Shown piece after piece: positions 18,090-27,880 of a stretch of DNA of 64,000 bases. The stretch's first letter is position 1; each line of letters begins with the position of its first letter. The translations under genes and the position numbers were made by a program. The stretch spans positions 1,952,001 through 2,016,000 of the forward strand of contig OY781964.1 of NCBI GenBank assembly GCA_963677485.1. Reading direction: 5' to 3'. The notes beneath the pieces are model-generated. The model was not told the DNA's origin, did no database searches, and worked only from the letters and a program-made list of their open reading frames with translations. Source of the DNA: Armatimonadota bacterium (GTDB lineage Bacteria; Armatimonadota; HRBIN16).

Positions 18090-21000
18090 ATGTTCACCCT
18101 TAACCGTCTCGCAGCTATGCTCACTCTGGCCATTTTAGCTAGCTCATTGGTGTCGGCACATCCGCTGGACAGCTCTGGCTGGCGGCTGTGGCTGGATAAG
18201 GCGGCCGTCTGGCAGAACGATACGCTCTATATGCCCGATGAAGTGAACCTGCCCCAGATGCCAGTCAACCCTCCCACCGGCGGCTGGTCGGTGCTGAATG
18301 AACAAGCGGGTAAAGCGGTGAGCCTGCCCAGCACGGTGGAGGAGCACTACTGGGGTGCAGATGGGCTCAAGGCGTATCAGGGCGAATATGCGTTTGAAGC
18401 CGATGACCCCACCCCGAAAATCGGCAACTACAAAGGCGTGAGCTGGTGGTGGCGAAGCTTCGAGACCCCCAAACTCAAGCCCGGGCAGCGGGCGATCATC
18501 AGTTCCCGTGGGGCCAGGCTACGCGCGGAGGTCTACTGCAACGGCAAGCTAGTGGGCTACACCATCATGACCGAGCTGCCCTTCGAGGCGGATGTCACCT
18601 CGGCACTGCGTACCGACGGCCCGAACAGACTGGCGGTGCGCATCACCAACCCGGGCGGGCGCCTGGACTGGATCGACCCGGCCACAACCAAATGGGGAAA
18701 GTATGATATCCCCAACTCCCATGGGTTTGGCGGTCTGGATGCGGGCATTGAACTGGACGTGCGCGATGAGGTTGAAGTCTGTGACCTGGCCATACTGAAC
18801 CGGGCCGACCCCCGATCTGTGATCATCAAATCGACCCTTCGCAGCCACGGAGCTGCCTACCAAGGCCCGGTACACTACAGCATCGCTGACAGCGAGGGTA
18901 AGCTGGTCTGGCAGGTGGAGGTTCCCACCAGCATTCAAGCCGACGGCCAAGCTCAGCAGGTCATCACTGCCAGGGTTCCCTCGGCCAGCCTATGGAATCT
19001 TGATACACCCATCCTGTATACCGCCACCGCGAAGATACCTACGCTGGAGAACAGTTCGAAAAAGACCCGCTTTGGGTTCCGCTGGTTCTGCCCGGAGGGG
19101 ATCGGCAGCGATGCCACTCTGCGGCTGAACAACAAGCGGATCGTGCTGCGCAGTGCCATCAGTTGGGGCTTTTGGGGCATCAACGGCTTGTGGCCTACCA
19201 AAGAACTGGCCATTAAAGAGGTAGAAAGTGCCAAAACACTGGGCTTGAACTGCCTTCAAGCCCACCGGAACCTGGCGAAACCAGAGGAGCTGGCGGTGCA
19301 GGATGAGCGCGGTCTGCTGCGTTACGTGGAGCCAGGCGCCGGGTTATATGCGGTGCAGAACGGCTCCGAGCAGCCAGCCGGTGAACCGCTGGATACCTCG
19401 GGTGTGGGCGGCGAACCGACCAGCTTCACCCAGAAATACGCGGTCGCGAAGACACTGGCGATGGTCCAACGCGACCGCAGCCATCCCAGCGTGATCATCT
19501 ACTGTATCCAAAACGAGTTCGAGCCCTCGGTGCGCACGCGGAGCATCTACTATCTCATCAACGAGATGAAGAAGATCGACCCCAGCCGTTTGATTTATCT
19601 GCATAGCGGGATCAAACCCGTTGGACAGGTGTTCTCTATGCCATATAACGACAAAATCGCGGTTGACCCAGAGGGCAACGGCACCGCGGGGTTGTTTGAT
19701 GAGCACACCGTGGGCGGACCGGGCAACTGGCAGGACAGCCTGTATACCGGGCCAAACGGCCAGTGGTCGCATTCCAGCGGTAATAAGAAGGACATCGTGG
19801 TCTGGGGCGAAATGCTGGGCGTGGCCTCGCCAGATGACCACCAGAAGATTGTGGAGTGGTACACCAAAAACAACCGTACGGGATATGATCTACTCGACCA
19901 CCAGCAGATTCTCGACTCCACCAACAAGTTCCTCGACCAGTATGGCTTCCGCAAGGCCTACCCCACTGCCTCGCAGCTCTACCAGAGCATCGGCCGCAAG
20001 AGTTACGTCTTCTGGCAGAGGCTGACCGAAAACATCCGCATCAGCGACGCGGTGGACTACATGGTCATCAGCGGCTGGGAGAGCACGTCGATAGAGAATC
20101 ACAGCGGGCTGGTCGATGCGCATCGCAACCTGAGGTCTGACCCCAAGCCGATGCAGGCCGCCACGGCTCCAAGCCTGCTGGTCATCCGCCCGCGCAGGTT
20201 CACCATCGGGAAGGGCGACACCGCGGTGGTGGATATCCATATGGTGAATGAGACCAATCTGTTCGGCAAGTATACACTCCAATTTGAAGCCACCGATGCC
20301 AAGGGTAGAATAGATAGATTCACGCGTGACGTGTCGTTGGAGGGTGGCGACAAATTCGGTCAGTTGCTGTGTGCTGATATTCAGATACGCTCACGGATGG
20401 CAGGCGAACTCAGCCTGAAGGCGACGCTGACCGATCCCAGACTCCGCCGCACGGTGCTGAGCAGTACTCAACTGATATTGGTGATCGACACGAAACCGAC
20501 CGCTTTGAAGAAGATAGTGATGCTGGCCCGAGGCAGCGAAGGGCTGGGTGAATGGGTCAAGAGTTCGGGCGGCAGCGTGTTCCCCATGACCTCAAGCGCG
20601 GTGCCGGATGCCGTGCTGCTGGGTACAGGGGCGTGGGCTGCGAGTACCGCCCATGTGACCGAGTCCATATCGGGCACAGAGGAGCCGGAGCTTTACCGGC
20701 ATCAGCCGTTTGGCACGAATCCGCTGGTGCTAACCCAAAGCGGTCTGTCCAAAGGTAAATGCCAAGTGGAGTTCAATCTCAGCGAAAACTTTTGGGACGC
20801 GCCAGGCAAGCGCGTGTTCGACCTCGCGCTGAACGGCCAAACCGTGCTGTGGTCGTTCGATATCTTCCGTGAGGCGGGCGGGAAATTCAAAGCCATCGTG
20901 AAGCGCTTCTCCGTGGAGTGTCCCGATGGGGTTCTGACCATCACTCTGCCCAAGGTGACGATCGACAACTTCAGCTTTGGGGCCATTCGCATCACCGATG

Positions 21001-21578
21001 CTGCTGGCAAGTGCTTCCGGTATACGGGCAACTCCACGCCTTACACCGACAAGTCAGGCGCGGTGTGGCAGCCATTGGTGAACACCCCAGTAGAACAGAA
21101 GGAGTTCCAGGCCTTGCTCGACAATTTCGTGCAGCGATACGGCAAAACGCTGGTGATGATCTCCGATGACGCTGCCCAGGCGCGCACGAATGCGCAGATG
21201 CTGGCTCAAGCCGGTGTTTGGAAACTGCAGGGGTTTGTGGGCGGCAGCCGGGCCTCGTGGATGGGTAGCTGGTATTTCAACCGGCCCCATGCGCTGTTTG
21301 CTGGTCTGCCCAGCGGCGTCTGCCTGGATGACCGCACTCAGGTGACCGTTGATAACACCGAGGGGTACCTGGCGGAGGCCGCCGGCATGGAGGTGGTGAT
21401 GGGTTACAGCCGTGACCATGACCGCAACATCGGCATCGGCGGTGCGGTGATAACATACGGCAAAGGCAAGGTGGTGATACTCAGCCTGCCAGGAATGGTC
21501 AGCGCGCTGCACGGCAACGGCAGCCGCATCAACCCCGAATATGCCCGACGGCTGGTGTTCAACGCCCTGCGGCTGTAG
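18090..21578 (+). CDS. Secreted GH2-like glycoside hydrolase with malectin domain
   Basis: GGAGG RBS, signal peptide, YKGVSWWWR, RFGFRW, RDRSHPSVIIYCIQNE, RVFDLALNG..FDI. Confidence 0.85.
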   Translation: MFTLNRLAAMLTLAILASSLVSAHPLDSSGWRLWLDKAAVWQNDTLYMPDEVNLPQMPVNPPTGGWSVLNEQAGKAVSLPSTVEEHYWGADGLKAYQGEYAFEADDPTPKIGNYKGVSWWWRSFETPKLKPGQRAIISSRGARLRAEVYCNGKLVGYTIMTELPFEADVTSALRTDGPNRLAVRITNPGGRLDWIDPATTKWGKYDIPNSHGFGGLDAGIELDVRDEVEVCDLAILNRADPRSVIIKSTLRSHGAAYQGPVHYSIADSEGKLVWQVEVPTSIQADGQAQQVITARVPSASLWNLDTPILYTATAKIPTLENSSKKTRFGFRWFCPEGIGSDATLRLNNKRIVLRSAISWGFWGINGLWPTKELAIKEVESAKTLGLNCLQAHRNLAKPEELAVQDERGLLRYVEPGAGLYAVQNGSEQPAGEPLDTSGVGGEPTSFTQKYAVAKTLAMVQRDRSHPSVIIYCIQNEFEPSVRTRSIYYLINEMKKIDPSRLIYLHSGIKPVGQVFSMPYNDKIAVDPEGNGTAGLFDEHTVGGPGNWQDSLYTGPNGQWSHSSGNKKDIVVWGEMLGVASPDDHQKIVEWYTKNNRTGYDLLDHQQILDSTNKFLDQYGFRKAYPTASQLYQSIGRKSYVFWQRLTENIRISDAVDYMVISGWESTSIENHSGLVDAHRNLRSDPKPMQAATAPSLLVIRPRRFTIGKGDTAVVDIHMVNETNLFGKYTLQFEATDAKGRIDRFTRDVSLEGGDKFGQLLCADIQIRSRMAGELSLKATLTDPRLRRTVLSSTQLILVIDTKPTALKKIVMLARGSEGLGEWVKSSGGSVFPMTSSAVPDAVLLGTGAWAASTAHVTESISGTEEPELYRHQPFGTNPLVLTQSGLSKGKCQVEFNLSENFWDAPGKRVFDLALNGQTVLWSFDIFREAGGKFKAIVKRFSVECPDGVLTITLPKVTIDNFSFGAIRITDAAGKCFRYTGNSTPYTDKSGAVWQPLVNTPVEQKEFQALLDNFVQRYGKTLVMISDDAAQARTNAQMLAQAGVWKLQGFVGGSRASWMGSWYFNRPHALFAGLPSGVCLDDRTQVTVDNTEGYLAEAAGMEVVMGYSRDHDRNIGIGGAVITYGKGKVVILSLPGMVSALHGNGSRINPEYARRLVFNALRL

Positions 21579-21642
21579 ATGCGGTTAGGGGGTGTGGGGG
21601 GTACGCGATGAATGGATCGATCGGTCGAATCCGACCGATCGT

Positions 21643-21797
21643 GTAGGGGCGACCGGCGGTCGCCTGCCATTGCCATCGGTATAATCCGTCCCATCCGTCG
21701 GATTCCCGGATTGTCTGAACCACGGATTACGCGGATTGCACGGATTGGTTCGGATGGGAAGGGAGGCCAATCGGGAGATTGGCGTTCCCAGGGGGAC
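21643..21797. repeat. Mosaic array REP-ATCCGT-B-A, a copy of the 524-737 block
   Basis: Shared ATTCCCGGATTGTCTGAACCACGGATTACGCGGATT...GGGAAGGGAGGCCAATCGGGAGAT.GGCGTTCCCAGGGGGAC. Confidence 0.9.
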
Positions 21798-21844
21798 GGA
21801 ACCACACCACGTTTCATCCGTGGATAAAGAACCGCGCCGAAAGC

Positions 21845-23134
21845 TTACTCGAGCTTCGCGCCCTCCACGATCCGGCTGAAACCGCCCAGGAAGGGGCGCA
21901 GCGACTCGGGGATCAGGATGCTGCCATCGGCCTGCTGGTAGTTCTCCATGATGGCGATCATCACGCGGGGAAGCGCCAGTCCAGAGCCGTTCAGCGTGTG
22001 CAGATACTCGGGCTTGGCACCCGCTTCCGCACGGTAGCGGATGTTCGCACGCCGGGCCTGGAAATCCATGAAGTTGCTGCAACTGCTGACCTCAAGCCAC
22101 TCCGCGCAGCCAGCCGCCCACAGTTCCACATCGTATTTCATCGCCGCGGTAAAGCTCAGGTCGCCGGTACACATCTGAAGCAGGCGATAGGGCAGTCCAA
22201 GCACCTTCGCCACATCGATGGCGTCGTTCACCAGCTTGTCAAGCTCCTCAACACTCGTTTCGGGCGTGACCAGCTTCACCATCTCCACCTTGTCAAACTG
22301 GTGGCCGCGTTTGATGCCGCGCACATCGCGCCCCGCCGACATCTTTTCACGGCGGAAGCAGGCGGTATAAGCCACATACTTCACCGGCAGCTCCGAGGCG
22401 TCCAGTATCTCGTCACGGTGGAAGTTCGTCACTGGCACCTCAGCGGTGGGAATCCACCAGAGGTCTTCCTCGGCGTCGTGGTAGAGGTTGTCGCCGAACT
22501 TCGGCAGGTTGCCCGTGCCCACCAGCGCCTCTTGCTTGACCATGTAAGGCGGGTAGAGCTCCGTATATCCGTGCTGAGTGGTGTGCAGGGTGAGCATGAA
22601 GTTGATGACCGCGCGCTGAAGCGCCGCACCAGCGCCGCGCAGCACGTAGAACCGCGACCCGCTGATCTTCACCCCGCGCTCGAAGTCGATGATGCCCAGC
22701 TTCTCCGCCAGTTCCCAGTGGGGTTTTGGCTCGAAGTCGAACTGAGGCAGCTCTTGCTGCTGGTAGGTGACCACATTCTCGGTGTCGTCCTTGCCGATGG
22801 GCACAGAGGGGTGCGGCAGGTTGGGCACGCGCAGCATCTGCTCGTCAAAGCTCTGAGCGATGCTCACCAGCTCCGCCTCGAGGGCCGACACCTTGTCACC
22901 CACCTCGCGCATCGCGGCGATTTTGGCCTTCTTTTCCCCTGGCTCCTTAATGCGAGGGATCTCTTTGCTGACGGTGTTGCGCTCCGCGCGCAGCACGTCG
23001 ATCTCGGTCATCAGCTCACGGCGTTTGACGTCGATGCTGATGAGGTTGTCCACCATCGCGGGGTCTTCGCCCAGCGCACTCAACCCCTGCTTCACAAGGT
23101 TTGGATTTTCACGGATCAAGCGGATATCAAGCAT
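21845..23134 (-). CDS. serS: Serine--tRNA ligase
   Basis: MLDIRLIRENP start, PTAEVP, FRRE, RGHQFDKVE, EVSSCSN, HTLNGSGLA. Confidence 0.98.
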   Translation of the reverse strand: MLDIRLIRENPNLVKQGLSALGEDPAMVDNLISIDVKRRELMTEIDVLRAERNTVSKEIPRIKEPGEKKAKIAAMREVGDKVSALEAELVSIAQSFDEQMLRVPNLPHPSVPIGKDDTENVVTYQQQELPQFDFEPKPHWELAEKLGIIDFERGVKISGSRFYVLRGAGAALQRAVINFMLTLHTTQHGYTELYPPYMVKQEALVGTGNLPKFGDNLYHDAEEDLWWIPTAEVPVTNFHRDEILDASELPVKYVAYTACFRREKMSAGRDVRGIKRGHQFDKVEMVKLVTPETSVEELDKLVNDAIDVAKVLGLPYRLLQMCTGDLSFTAAMKYDVELWAAGCAEWLEVSSCSNFMDFQARRANIRYRAEAGAKPEYLHTLNGSGLALPRVMIAIMENYQQADGSILIPESLRPFLGGFSRIVEGAKLE

Positions 23135-23213
23135 GGCGGCACTCCCAGTGTGGTGTATTGTTCTATGATAGTAGTATATCATTCTGAGGAAATGCTGGCC
23201 GTGAGAACCCGTC

Positions 23214-23546
23214 TCACGCGAAGACGCGAAGGCGCGAAGGGGAGGCTGTGGCGGCACCTCGGTATGATGGGGCGATCGGCGATTACCCTCGATGAATCGA
23301 GGGGCTTTCCCAACGCCCGCCGGAACGCGGGCCGGTATTGATCAGCGATGGGTGATAGTGCCCGTACCGGGACGAAGTCACGGACGGGCCACCGAACCCG
23401 TCGCCAAAGGCCGGTGGCCCATATCGATTCCGGTCAGCCACGCTGCCGCGGGTTTAGTCACCCCACGGGACTGGCGTCCCTAAGGGGTTCCTGCACCGCA
23501 CGGCTGATCATTAGCGGCCGGTGTCGCTACGCTCCGACCGGCGCAG
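23214..23546. repeat. Module F (23214-23241), several hairpins, and a ~100-nt element (23446-23546) repeated in inverted orientation at 38875-38975
   Basis: CCCCACGGGACTGGCGTCCCT is the reverse complement of AGGGACGCCAGTCCCGTGGGG near 38939. Confidence 0.8.
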
Positions 23547-23577
23547 AGAGGCTGCATCCCACTAACGTCCCACCGCC

Positions 23578-23606
23578 TTGACAACCCTAATTGAAAAGGG
23601 TATTGT
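23578..23606 (+). promoter_or_regulatory. Sigma70-type promoter of the orphan gene cluster
   Basis: TTGACA-17-TATTGT. Confidence 0.6.
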
Positions 23607-23718
23607 AACTCAGAGAAGAAAAACAATGCCAGACTTTTGCTGACTTGTGAAATCAATCGCAGCTAACAAACCAAGAAACCTGGCAGGCCGATGCATGTAG
23701 ACAGGAGGCTGAGCGGAA

Positions 23719-24348
23719 ATGAACGTATCCCGCATATGGATTATGGCTGTCCTCGCCACGTCCATCGTGCTCACGGGTTGCGGAGGCGGTCGCCAGCTCA
23801 CAAAAGACGACGTCAGACAGACCGAGCGGCTAGCATATTCACTGATCACAGCTCTACAGACCAACAACTATCGGGTTCTTCAGAGCATATCGGTCCCCGG
23901 GCAATGGCTGAACACACAAGCAGCCATGTCTTCACTAAGTTCCGATACAAGCTACGGTAGATATTGGCGCAGGACGCTGCTGAGTGATAACCCAACGGTC
24001 ACATCTAAGCTATTCAAGGCCATGAAATCATATCCTGGAGATATCGTTCGAGGTTATATCACGATGCACATCACGGAAGCGTCAAAGGCGAAATATGATT
24101 CGTATGCCATCGTGAAGTTTCGATACAGCACCACGAAGCCAGAAGCACTGATCCCATTGTTGAAGATTAAAGGGAAGTGGTTTGTTTTAGATATGCCCAC
24201 AGCGAACACACGGTTGCTTAAATTCACTACCATAGTAGATGCCTACAATAGCAGCAACACGGACTGGGAAGTCCGTGAGGACTTCACTAAAGAGCTGCGT
24301 CGCATATTTAGACCTGATGATCAGATGCTGAGAGGTACCGGGAAATGA
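23719..24348 (+). CDS. Hypothetical lipoprotein
   Basis: AGGAGG RBS, lipobox LTG-C. Confidence 0.8.
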   Translation: MNVSRIWIMAVLATSIVLTGCGGGRQLTKDDVRQTERLAYSLITALQTNNYRVLQSISVPGQWLNTQAAMSSLSSDTSYGRYWRRTLLSDNPTVTSKLFKAMKSYPGDIVRGYITMHITEASKAKYDSYAIVKFRYSTTKPEALIPLLKIKGKWFVLDMPTANTRLLKFTTIVDAYNSSNTDWEVREDFTKELRRIFRPDDQMLRGTGK

Positions 24349-24767
24349 CGAAGAAGACTATCATTACCAAAGTTATTAGCACGATCGTACTGGGTATTAT
24401 CATGGGTATGCTGACCGCATATAGCTGTTGGGTGTCATACCAGACTGGCAATGTTTCACACCTTGATTCAGACTCTATCTTGTTGCAGTTTGCCGTGGCC
24501 ATATACATAGTGTGGGTAGCTCCAAATGCGTATCTCAGTTTCGCCGCATATATGCTCGGTCATGCCATTGGCTTCCTTAGGACCATCCCAATGCTGCTTA
24601 ATGTACAGGTTGTTGATATTCTACCAGTTCCTGACTACTTCGACTTCGATGGGTTTATCTCGTTTCCATTATTACCCGCTCTGATTACGCTGGTAGTGCG
24701 AAGACTCCCTCACTGGGTGAGGTTCGTCTGGGCAAAAGTGGCTAAGTTGTCAAAAGGGGTGGAGTAA
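24345..24767 (+). CDS. Hypothetical membrane protein
   Basis: ATGA overlap, about 4 TM helices. Confidence 0.75.
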   Translation: MTKKTIITKVISTIVLGIIMGMLTAYSCWVSYQTGNVSHLDSDSILLQFAVAIYIVWVAPNAYLSFAAYMLGHAIGFLRTIPMLLNVQVVDILPVPDYFDFDGFISFPLLPALITLVVRRLPHWVRFVWAKVAKLSKGVE

Positions 24768-24812
24768 ATTGGGTACCTTTGTCATATCATTGCATAACGA
24801 CAGCTCGATAGG

Positions 24813-25472
24813 ATGGTCACACGCATGAACACTTCCGGGATACGGCGCAACCAGGACCGCTGGCATACACTGAAACTGAGCTGCATCGCCAGGATCGCCA
24901 AAACGGATGGCGCGTTGGGAAACACCATCCTGGCCTGCCTGCTCATCCTGCTGGCGGACATCATCTGTGTGTTCGTCACAGAGTCATACCTGGCCTGTGT
25001 GGCTGTCAACACGTTGACAGTGGTGGTGTGGGCCGCAGCCAGGCGCGCTCATTACCAGGTTGTGCTGCCAGCTACGTTGGCGGCGGCCAGTTTGGCTTTG
25101 GTAGTTCGTCTGTGCTATGACCCATTTTTCATGATGTGTACCTTCTGGACGGCCAATTTCATCATCGCACTACGTCCTGACATGTTTCAACACTGGCGGT
25201 ATCATAAAGCATTATTACCTGCCGTAGCAATGATCTCTGGTATGGCTATCCTCGCGCTTCTGCCATTTCTACCGAAGGATGTGTATTACTCGAGAGAACA
25301 CCACTTGGTTCCTGAAGGGGTATTATTTGCTATAGGGGCTGATGTTGGCCGTAGAATTATGAAACAAGTGAGCGAAAGGGTTCATGGTAGTGAAGATGAG
25401 GAGGACGAGGAAGCCGAGGATATAAATACACTCAGCAACACCTCATCACTGCTACCTGGAGATGGTGCGTAA
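24813..25472 (+). CDS. Hypothetical membrane protein; paralog of 56855..57373
   Basis: GIRRNQ..WHTLKLS N-terminal motif, multiple TM helices, acidic tail. Confidence 0.8.
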   Translation: MVTRMNTSGIRRNQDRWHTLKLSCIARIAKTDGALGNTILACLLILLADIICVFVTESYLACVAVNTLTVVVWAAARRAHYQVVLPATLAAASLALVVRLCYDPFFMMCTFWTANFIIALRPDMFQHWRYHKALLPAVAMISGMAILALLPFLPKDVYYSREHHLVPEGVLFAIGADVGRRIMKQVSERVHGSEDEEDEEAEDINTLSNTSSLLPGDGA

Positions 25473-25514
25473 TGGTCGTTGAACGAAACTCCTCAGCCAT
25501 GATCACAATCAAGC

Positions 25515-26462
25515 ATGTTAGTTACTGGCAGGGTTGCTGATATGAGAGTCATGCGTTGGATTGCGGGAATATTGGGGTTGATCTATATCTGCGTCGTCAT
25601 TCCGATGTTTTACCCAGACTTACTACTTCCGGTGGCTAAAGGGTTATCAGGGCACTATTACTTTTTTAGTAGTGACTACAATCTCCGGTGCTACGACCTG
25701 TCGAAGCCGCGGCGCTCATACCCAGTCTACACACCCACTGGCGGCGAGAGAATCAGGGCATATGATGTCAGCTACAACAACACCAGGCTAGTCGCCAAAT
25801 TCTACGACCCAACAAGCCGCAAAAGTGAAGTCCGCTGGTATGATATCCGCGACATGAAGCTTGTGAATGAGCATATGCCCCACCGTTCCATACCTGTCTC
25901 CGACAATGCCAACGACTTGTGCATCAGTCCCGACGGAAAGACATGCATTCTGACATATGACTACCCAATTGTCGAGTCCAATAAGAACCCAGACTACGTG
26001 GTTCTTGATCTAGAAAACGGGAAACAAACTGACATGGTTCTACCGTTGTATTACTCATGGCCGTATTACTCATGGCAAGTGCCCAAATGGGATGCTACTG
26101 GGCGTCGATTGAGCTATGAAGACAAATGGGGACATACAGTGATATACGACACCGTTAGTAAGTCAGTAAGAGTACTGCCCGATAGCGTGAATTCATGTAT
26201 CTCACCGAATCTGCAGCTCTTGTATGAAGGGACGAATATTCGGAAGCTTGATGACAATAGTGATACCCCCATCAGTACTGACACAATCCTGATGGACCGT
26301 TCTCCCGATCATCTAGTACATTGGTCTCCCGACAGCCAAGGCTTCGACTACCATAGGTTATTCTGGCCGCGGTATGCCTTGCTATACTATGACATTAAAT
26401 CTAGGAGATTCTATCGTATGCCAGTGCCGTACAGTGGGTTGTTTACGAGGTGGGTAAAGTAG
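25515..26462 (+). CDS. Membrane-anchored WD40/TolB-like beta-propeller protein
   Basis: N-terminal TM; ISPDGK, PKWDATG, ISPN, WSPDSQ blade-like motifs. Confidence 0.7.
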   Translation: MLVTGRVADMRVMRWIAGILGLIYICVVIPMFYPDLLLPVAKGLSGHYYFFSSDYNLRCYDLSKPRRSYPVYTPTGGERIRAYDVSYNNTRLVAKFYDPTSRKSEVRWYDIRDMKLVNEHMPHRSIPVSDNANDLCISPDGKTCILTYDYPIVESNKNPDYVVLDLENGKQTDMVLPLYYSWPYYSWQVPKWDATGRRLSYEDKWGHTVIYDTVSKSVRVLPDSVNSCISPNLQLLYEGTNIRKLDDNSDTPISTDTILMDRSPDHLVHWSPDSQGFDYHRLFWPRYALLYYDIKSRRFYRMPVPYSGLFTRWVK

Positions 26463-26729
26463 TGAGAGACGGTGGCAGGGCCACCAAATGCTGCATTGCA
26501 ACCTGCCACCACGCGCTAAAGCACAGATTATTACCCACAAATATTGCATGGGAGCCACCCTCAGGTTATAAATCGATTATTGGCCAGTCGCGGTCTATAG
26601 ACCAGCCAATTACCCACAAATCCAGATTGGGATCGTATCGACCATGTGCCGAGACATTAATGTCGCGGAATCGGTGACCTACAGGCCAGGCAATATTTAT
26701 GGTTAATAAACTGCGCCTTAACGCATTAC

Positions 26730-26759
26730 CCCCTCCCTTCGCAGCGCGAAGGGAGGGGG
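26730..26759. terminator. GC-rich hairpin after the DUF2961 pair (terminator or REP-like)
   Basis: CCCCTCCCTTCGC-AGC-GCGAAGGGAGGGG; no clear U tract. Confidence 0.5.
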
Positions 26760-26764
26760 TTTCG

Positions 26765-27823
26765 TTACCTCACCCAGATCATCTCTTTACTGGGCAGCAC
26801 GGGGAACACGCCATGCGGTTCGGACTGGTACCACTGCGCCAGCGAGCTGATGTCGTCGCGCAGAGGCTGGAAGTGCCCCTCCTGCCACCATCCGAGTGCT
26901 TGCATGGTCACCTTAAGGTCTTGCTTGAACCGGATGGGGTCCATGATGTGCCAGCGGTAGAGCTCAAACGCGGCGGGCTTGCTCTCCGACCGTCGCGCCA
27001 TCGGCATGCCGAGGAAAGGGGTGTTGAAGACCTCCTCCTTGTTGTCCTTGCCGTAAAATCCCCAGGCACCGCCGAAATAGTCCTCAGTTCCTGTGCCGCA
27101 GATGGTGGGATACTGACCGTCACCATCCATGAAGAATTTGATCTCGCCCTCGCCCCACCAGCCGACGCTCAGGCTCATCCAGCTCAGGAAGGTGCCCACA
27201 TAGTGACCCTGCCCTTTCACGCCATCGAGTATCACATGCTCCGGGTTATCCATGGGGGTCACGCTGCGGCGCCACTGCGCGTGCAGGTAGGCGGCGTCAT
27301 CCGGCACTTGCTGAAGCGAGTAATTAATCTGGTAATACACGCTGCCGATGGGGCTGCCCCAGGTGTTCTCCATGGTGATGCGGCAGTGCTTGCGGAAGGG
27401 CATCGGCCAGTAGCTGTTGAAACCGCTGCTGGGGTTGACCACAATCGGCATCGAGACCACGTTATGCTTATCGCCTTGACCGTGGCAGAAGAAGTCGCCA
27501 AATGGTGTTTCGATGGAGGGCGTCTCCTCATGATCCCAGTAAAACCGCAGGATGCAGGTGCGCATCGCGAGCGAATCCGAGGTGATCCATATCTGTTGAA
27601 TCAGCCCAGGACCGTCTATCTCCGCCAGCGTGACGGTGCTGTTGGCCGGAATCGGTATGTACGGGCGGACTTTCCAGCCCTCGCCCAGCACACCGCCGGG
27701 TTCGCCAGGAGCCGGTATCGCGCGGGCGCCCCCGCCTTTTGCGCCGGTGGGGTTCTCCGCATTGATGCTGCGGGAATCGGCATCGCTCAGAAGAGCGATA
27801 TTAGAAAGACTGCTTATGAACAT
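26765..27823 (-). CDS. DUF2961 / GH172 family glycoside hydrolase (copy 2)
   Basis: SRSINAENPTG, WWGEGE, CGTGTEDYFGG, YRWHIMDPI; start set at ATG 27823 with GGAGG RBS, giving the same length as copy 1. Confidence 0.9.
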   Translation of the reverse strand: MFISSLSNIALLSDADSRSINAENPTGAKGGGARAIPAPGEPGGVLGEGWKVRPYIPIPANSTVTLAEIDGPGLIQQIWITSDSLAMRTCILRFYWDHEETPSIETPFGDFFCHGQGDKHNVVSMPIVVNPSSGFNSYWPMPFRKHCRITMENTWGSPIGSVYYQINYSLQQVPDDAAYLHAQWRRSVTPMDNPEHVILDGVKGQGHYVGTFLSWMSLSVGWWGEGEIKFFMDGDGQYPTICGTGTEDYFGGAWGFYGKDNKEEVFNTPFLGMPMARRSESKPAAFELYRWHIMDPIRFKQDLKVTMQALGWWQEGHFQPLRDDISSLAQWYQSEPHGVFPVLPSKEMIWVR

Positions 27824-27880
27824 CGAATTATGACCTCCATGTAGGGGCATCGCGTGCGGTGCCCCATCACAAGACGCTAA

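Noticed and set aside
23140-23580. T-box riboswitch upstream of serS
   Set aside because: No GGTGG.ACC.CG T-box motif or terminator on the minus strand; the hairpins belong to dispersed repeats
23719-26700. Integron cassette array
   Set aside because: No integrase and no RYYYAAC..GTTRRRY attC sites between the genes; two genes overlap
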